A DNA stretch of 64,000 bases from Lepidodermella squamata. Taxonomy: Eukaryota > Animalia > Gastrotricha. Position numbers and translations under genes: made by a program. This document shows, piece after piece, positions 58,796 to 64,000 of this stretch (position 1 is the stretch's first letter; each line of letters begins with the position of its first letter). The stretch lies in contig JBLDXI010000042.1 of the NCBI GenBank assembly GCA_047495785.1, forward strand, positions 124,001-188,000, in the 5' to 3' direction. A model generated the notes under the pieces. That model was not told the origin of the DNA. It made no database searches and was given only the letters and a program-made list of their open reading frames with translations.

Positions 58796-59673
58796 CTCGC
58801 GTTTTTCCAATAACTGCATAACCATAAGGACATTTTAATGCGGTTTCGCCAGTTAATAAATCTATTCTGGTGTAAACTGTCCTCCTTCAAAGCTTCGTTA
58901 GCATAGTCGGTGACGAAAATGACGTCATGAAAAATAACGTTGTACTGGATATCACCCTGCAAGGATAAAACAACACACTTTAATTGCATTTGCGCATCAT
59001 GGATGTATATTTTATATTGAAGTTAGAGTCACAAATGTTCCTCACAAAATGAATGAATAACAATATCTTTATTTCATCAAATTTCCACTTCTTCAAGGAC
59101 AAATTCGAACCCAGCTGTGAAAAGAGTTCGTCCATGCGTGTCAGAACGTAGAAATCGAGGAAAGTCCGCTTATTGTAGAACAGCCATAAAGAATTCATCG
59201 TCATCTCCCAGTCAAATTTGAACGCCGTTTTGTAAGAATTTAGCCACTTTGCTAGATCAACCATTATACAACGGTCAAATAATTCAGCCAACTCATCACG
59301 TAGACGAGGTAGCGAAATCCTCAGTGCTGCTGGGATTAAGATGGACCCGTCGATTTTTGAAGCTTAAGTTCGATCTAGAATGGGCGGGAAAATTTTCCGG
59401 ATGAAATTCAGGGTTTTTCAACATCATCAGAATCGGAAACATTGAATAAGTATTGAAAGTCGCATGAGTCATATCTTCGATATTTCCCTTAAATGAAGCA
59501 TCACACATATCGGTGTAAATTTGCAACTCGCCTTGAGAGTCGAAATATCTGAAACCAATGTAAACAATTGTTTTGAGAAGTGTTTCGAATTTTATTTGCG
59601 TTGAAAAACATTTCGAAAAAGAGCGAAGTTTGAATTTTTCGTCGTTTTTCGTTGTCACTTTTCTAGGGGGGGC
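58796..59673 (-). pseudogene. Unknown, probably degraded multi-exon gene adjacent to the Harbinger pair
   Basis: Three consecutive protein-like ORF pieces with splice-like boundaries (ttttcag at 59674-59680, donor at ~58795); no recognisable domain; frames do not join cleanly. Confidence 0.35.
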
Positions 59674-59785
59674 CTGAAAATAAGCCGTTTTTCACGCGCA
59701 TCCGACTTTTATTATCGGTTTATTCAGCTGAGGTTCACATGAATAATAAGTGTATACTAACATAGATGGATAATTTTTTTTCAAA

Positions 59786-61645
59786 ATGAGGTAATAATTG
59801 TACTTCCGACGTTCCGTTTGCTATCCGAAAACATCTTCAGGTTTACTGAGGATGAATTTCCGGTTGTAAGACAGTTCAGCAACGTCAGTTCAGCAGTGAT
59901 ATTTGAGCAGGAGACACTTCAGCAACCGCTACTTCAGCAGACGCTATTTCAGCAGACAGCACTTTAGCAGGCGACAGTTCAGCAGAACTTAGTTCAGCAT
60001 TTGCTACTTCAGCAAACAGCACTTTAGCAGGCGACACTTCAGCAACTTCCACTTAAGCAGCTGTACTGTTCAGCAAAAGACTCTTTAGCAGAAGACTTAT
60101 GAGCAATGATATACTTCATCTCTGGAACCCCTCGATTCGTTTGGCTGCGCCAAACTCACTCGGGGTTCCAGATCGGGGGGAAATTATATTTCTCCATGGT
60201 TTGCCATAGAGTATTCCCTTATTTCCTATTTTTTTCATAATTCGTCACACCGATTTTACCGTTGGAAAGGAATCTACCTCCAAATGGAATTTTCGCGAAG
60301 AAAGTCTCTTAATTGACGAGCTAAAATCTCAGCAAGTTTCGGCAGCTACGATAGGAGCAGAGCTCGTGCAATTCGATTTGAAGTCGATTACGTCCATACT
60401 CAACGATGCTGGTAGCGCTAAAACGAGAGAGCAAGTGGAAAGAAAAGTTAATTGGTTGAAGGAAGAATATAAGAGAGAAGAGGCGAGAATGAAGGCGACT
60501 GGAGAAGAAGCCTCGACAATGAGGAATTACGAGCGCCTGAAAGATATCTGGGGTAAATCGCCCGCCTGCCTCCCACCCAAGATTCGGCGTGACTCCGGAG
60601 TTATAAATGTTGATCCAGATCTGGAAATCAAAGAGGAATTGGTTGATCCGCCGAGTTTACCCGAGCCACCGTTCAAGCGTGGGAGATCGCTTTCCGGCGG
60701 AGGAACTTCAAAGCGGCAAACGTTGGAAGTCGCGACAGCCACGGCCGGCTCAAATGTCAGTCTTACAGCTGCCGCGAAATCGACTGCGTCAACTTCTACG
60801 GCAAGCCGCGACGTTCCAGCTAGGCCGCGCTTAAAAACGAGGAAAGACTACCTCAAGTCCCAAATCGCGGAGGAGCAAGTAATTTGTAAGGAAATGCTCG
60901 AAATTGAACGCGAAAGTGTTCGTGAAAAACAAAACCGTTTCAAGTTGGAGCAAGCTAAAATTGAGCAGGAGGAGCGCCGGATTAAAATTGAAGAAGAAAG
61001 GTATAATTTTTGAATACAAAAATTGAAATTTTTTCAAATACATAAACATTCAAAATTTATTTTATATAGAATTTTTATGAAAACCGAGTTTTTTTTTTTT
61101 TTTTATTATTCAGAAAATTCGGCTTGATTTTAATAATTTTTCAGAGTTTTTTCAAATTAAAAGTGAATGCAAAAATAGACGCTATCTATTAAATTCGATT
61201 AAAATTATATTCGATTAAATTATTTAATTAAATTCGTAAAAATTCGATAAATTAAAAAAATGGCCGATGAAATAATTGATGATCACACGGAAATGATTTT
61301 TGTATACTATGCTGGTTACGGCAAAACAACGAGATGATGCGGCAGCAAATGGAGCTGAATCGACAGCAGCTTCAGCTCAGCCAAATGCAAGCCGCCGCTT
61401 TACTTCGCATGCAGTTTCCAGCTCAACAATACGCACCGCCTCCGCCACCACCAGCCGAACCACAACCGCGGCCACCTGGCCCCGCAGTCTTGAATCCGAC
61501 CGGGATGTTTGCTCCGAACCCGACCGGGCCCTTTGCTGTAAATCAGCCGACCGGAACATTCGCCCCGAATCCGAATATCCCTTCCTCTTTAAATCCGGGT
61601 TTCTTTCAGCCATTACCTCCGAATTTTCCTCAGTGGCGTCAATGA
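59786..61645 (+). CDS. Harbinger-associated Myb/SANT (trihelix) DNA-binding protein; exons ~59786-59790, 59841-59865, 60270-61000, ~61321-61645
   Basis: WNFREESLLI...KTREQVERKVNWLKEEYK trihelix pattern, coiled coil and Pro/Gln tail; convergent with the Harbinger nuclease. The last acceptor reads TACG rather than AG, so the gene may be defective. Confidence 0.7.
59875..60106. repeat. 15-16-bp periodic array (about 16 TTCAGCA-like cores with variable spacers)
   Basis: The core recurs every 15-16 nt; it is followed by a hairpin tctggaacccc...ggggttccaga (60121-60172). Confidence 0.85.
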
Positions 61646-61852
61646 AGAAATTCGAAAATTTCAACTGCGCTTGACTATCAAAAATTTCATTTTAAATATT
61701 TCCCTCTTCTTGATACACAATACGCTTTAATTCGATAGAAGCTGAAAAAGTCATTGCTATAACCATTGAATTTAAGGTCAAATAAAGCCAAATAAGTAAG
61801 AATGCAAGAATTGGATACTTTTATTCATGTCGAAAATCTTCATTTTCAATTT

Positions 61853-63190
61853 TCATTGGTGTCCCATAATATCAAGAAAATGACGAGAAAACGCATCTCT
61901 AACACGACGGCCCCGCTCGTGAAATAGCCCCTCCAGCTGTCGTAGAGCCGGGTTACCTGGCGGCATTGGAATCATGATCGGCTGTACACCAACGATTTGT
62001 TGCGCCCATTGCTCAAAGAAGGGTTGATTCGATCTTTGGCAATAGTTGTGTAGCGTGGTTGTAGCTGCGACCAAGTCGGCCTGAAATTCGACTGACATAG
62101 CATTCACGACCAGAACTCTCTGCCAGCGACCCTTCCACCATCCTATAACCTGTTCGTCCCACCAACGTGCTGCTTTATGGCTGTTGTTGTAAAAACGCAA
62201 ATTCGGATTCGCCTCGACCTCAGCTTCCGAATAAGGAGTTAATAACCACGGCAATTGAGGGTAAGCCCTGTCTCCAAGGACCGCAATAGGGACTTCTTCC
62301 CCGGAGACAATCGAGCCAAAATCAGGGAAAAGGTCACAGCCTTGGCGTTCCGCTCGGATGAACAAGGATGACCAGGTCAGCATTCGAGCGTCATGAACAG
62401 AGCCAGCCGAGCCCGCGTAGACATCCAGAAAGCAACCGTCATGTCCAGCCAAAAGCTACATATCAATTATAGCTTATTAATTTTCAAATATAATAAGCTA
62501 TAATTACCCTCCTCTTCCTCTTCAGTAAAATTCGTCTATATTTTTTTTTTCATTTTAAAAAATTTCTCACTGTCAATTAGTGACTATAAAAATGCATAAA
62601 AATCTATGTAAAACGGAGACAAATTTCAACCTGAACTGCGATTGAATAATTTTGCTTCCGATCGAAATAATCGGCAGGACCGTTAATTGCGACATGTGAG
62701 CCGTCGATTGCGCCGATACAGCCCGGAAAATTCGTACGATTTTGAAACCCTTCGATTGCCCTGGCAAGTTCGGCTGCATTTGAGGGCAATTTAACCAGTT
62801 GATGAAATAGGTGAGCTATAATCTATAGCACAATGTAGCAGTCGACATCCCGAATAATTCACCGACGGTTCGCATTTCACCATGTGTGGCAAGGAACCAC
62901 AAAGCTGCTCCGACCCGGTGCCAAACAGGAAACGCCGGCCGAAAAATTGTATCCTCCCGATACAAGTCATTGTATACAACCTCAACCAGATGATTATAGG
63001 CCCCTCGATTCATTCTAATGTTAGATATCATCTCCTCATCGGTGAAATTTAAAAAAATTTCATTAGCATAAGTTCGGCTCCTTGCTCGCGTCCAAAACCG
63101 TCGACTCACGATTGATGAAAATTCAAGTACTAGCCGGCGTCTCCTATTCAAACTGAGTCTAAACATTATTTTTCTCAAAAAACGCCTCAT
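61853..63190 (-). mobile_element. PIF/Harbinger DDE transposase (HARBI1-like), defective
   Basis: Motifs IRMNRGAY, ALWFLATHG, FPGCIGAIDGSHV, GSVHDARML, VLGDRAYP and EQVIGWWKGRW; intron 62456-62630; a deletion/frameshift at ~62815-62835. TIRs not identified. Confidence 0.88.
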
Positions 63191-64000
63191 TTTTGCAAAG
63201 AAACAGCGCCAAATTTCATAGTGTGAAAAATACATAAAAACTTTATTTTTTCAAAGGCTCAGTTGCATAATCAAAATGTGTCTTAACGGAGCCTAAATTA
63301 AGAGTGTAGCAACCGATGGCGTTAACGAACGCCTCCGTACCCCTCCGTCGTGTAAAAACGACGACGGGCTCAGAGGTGCGTTTTTCAACATGCCCGAACT
63401 TTAATTGTTCTCGACTGTGATCAAGTTTTCGGGCATCCACGCAACAAAATACTAACAATCAACTAATTTTCCGGTTCATGCCGGAGGTCGAGTGGGGGGC
63501 AGCTAAGACAAATCACCCTCCGACTCGACGAGATTTAAGCCTCGACAAAACGTGACATGGTTGTAATTAATTTACGACTGCGCCATGCGACCCTCGTTAA
63601 TTTATGACTACGTGTCTTGAGGTCATTTTTTAGCAAAACAACACCGAAAGGCTTGTTTTAGTTTCTTCGATTTATTTAGTGATAAATCAACGGGTAAATC
63701 GAATTTAAAAAATCGATGAATTTGGTAAAAATTTAGGGGAATTTAGTGAGTTTTAGGTGATTTCCGACGATTATTTTGAATCCAAACTTGTCGATAACTT
63801 CAATTTCCATAATTTCTAATATTTCAAATTTAAGAAGGTTTTGAAAAGCTTCACAATTTCGATTGTGTCATCTGTTGTTAACAACTGTAATTAAATTCAG
63901 GCTGACCGTGGGCATGTTGAAAAACGCACTTCAGAGGGCATTTTCAAATAAGCGTGAGTGTCCAGTCTCTTATTATTCAACTTTTTCACTTTTTCATTTT

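Noticed and set aside
59875-60106. CRISPR-like repeat/spacer appearance
   Set aside because: Cores are only ~7 nt and spacers ~8 nt, there are no cas genes, and the context is a eukaryotic intron.
63270-63300. Candidate Harbinger right TIR (ttaacggagcctaa)
   Set aside because: No matching inverted copy found on the left side.
1-64000. Taxonomic assignment (an acoel or other small invertebrate was considered)
   Set aside because: No marker gene in the window; gene content supports Metazoa only.

Overview
Eukaryotic (metazoan, probably small invertebrate) genomic DNA: AT-rich intergenic regions, GT-AG introns mostly 40-60 nt, no operons, rRNA, tRNA or CRISPR seen. Gene models were spliced by eye and are predictions. 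The main discovery is a birth-and-death cluster of 11 small two-exon secreted-peptide genes (P1-P11, 8.8-33.5 kb). They share a signal peptide split by a phase-0 intron and have hypervariable single-disulfide C-x18-20-C peptides, usually two per precursor, separated by a G(K)R-acidic-R processing linker. This is a toxin/antimicrobial-like architecture that I cannot assign to a known family. Six copies are intact, one is truncated but open, and four are pseudogenes. Other genes: three secreted Cys-rich GRGVG/GVGPVCW-repeat paralogs; two paralogs with six novel Cys modules but different lectin heads (C-type lectin vs LamG); three dispanin-like membrane paralogs; a putative prohormone; two divergent Cys-loop channel subunits; a GABA-B-like class C GPCR; a Ly6/three-finger protein; an RDH-like SDR plus a pseudogene; and an ankyrin-SOCS-box protein. 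Mobile DNA: an apparently intact 4.2-kb hAT transposon, hAT and piggyBac MITEs, LINE RT fragments, a P-like fragment and a defective PIF/Harbinger gene pair.
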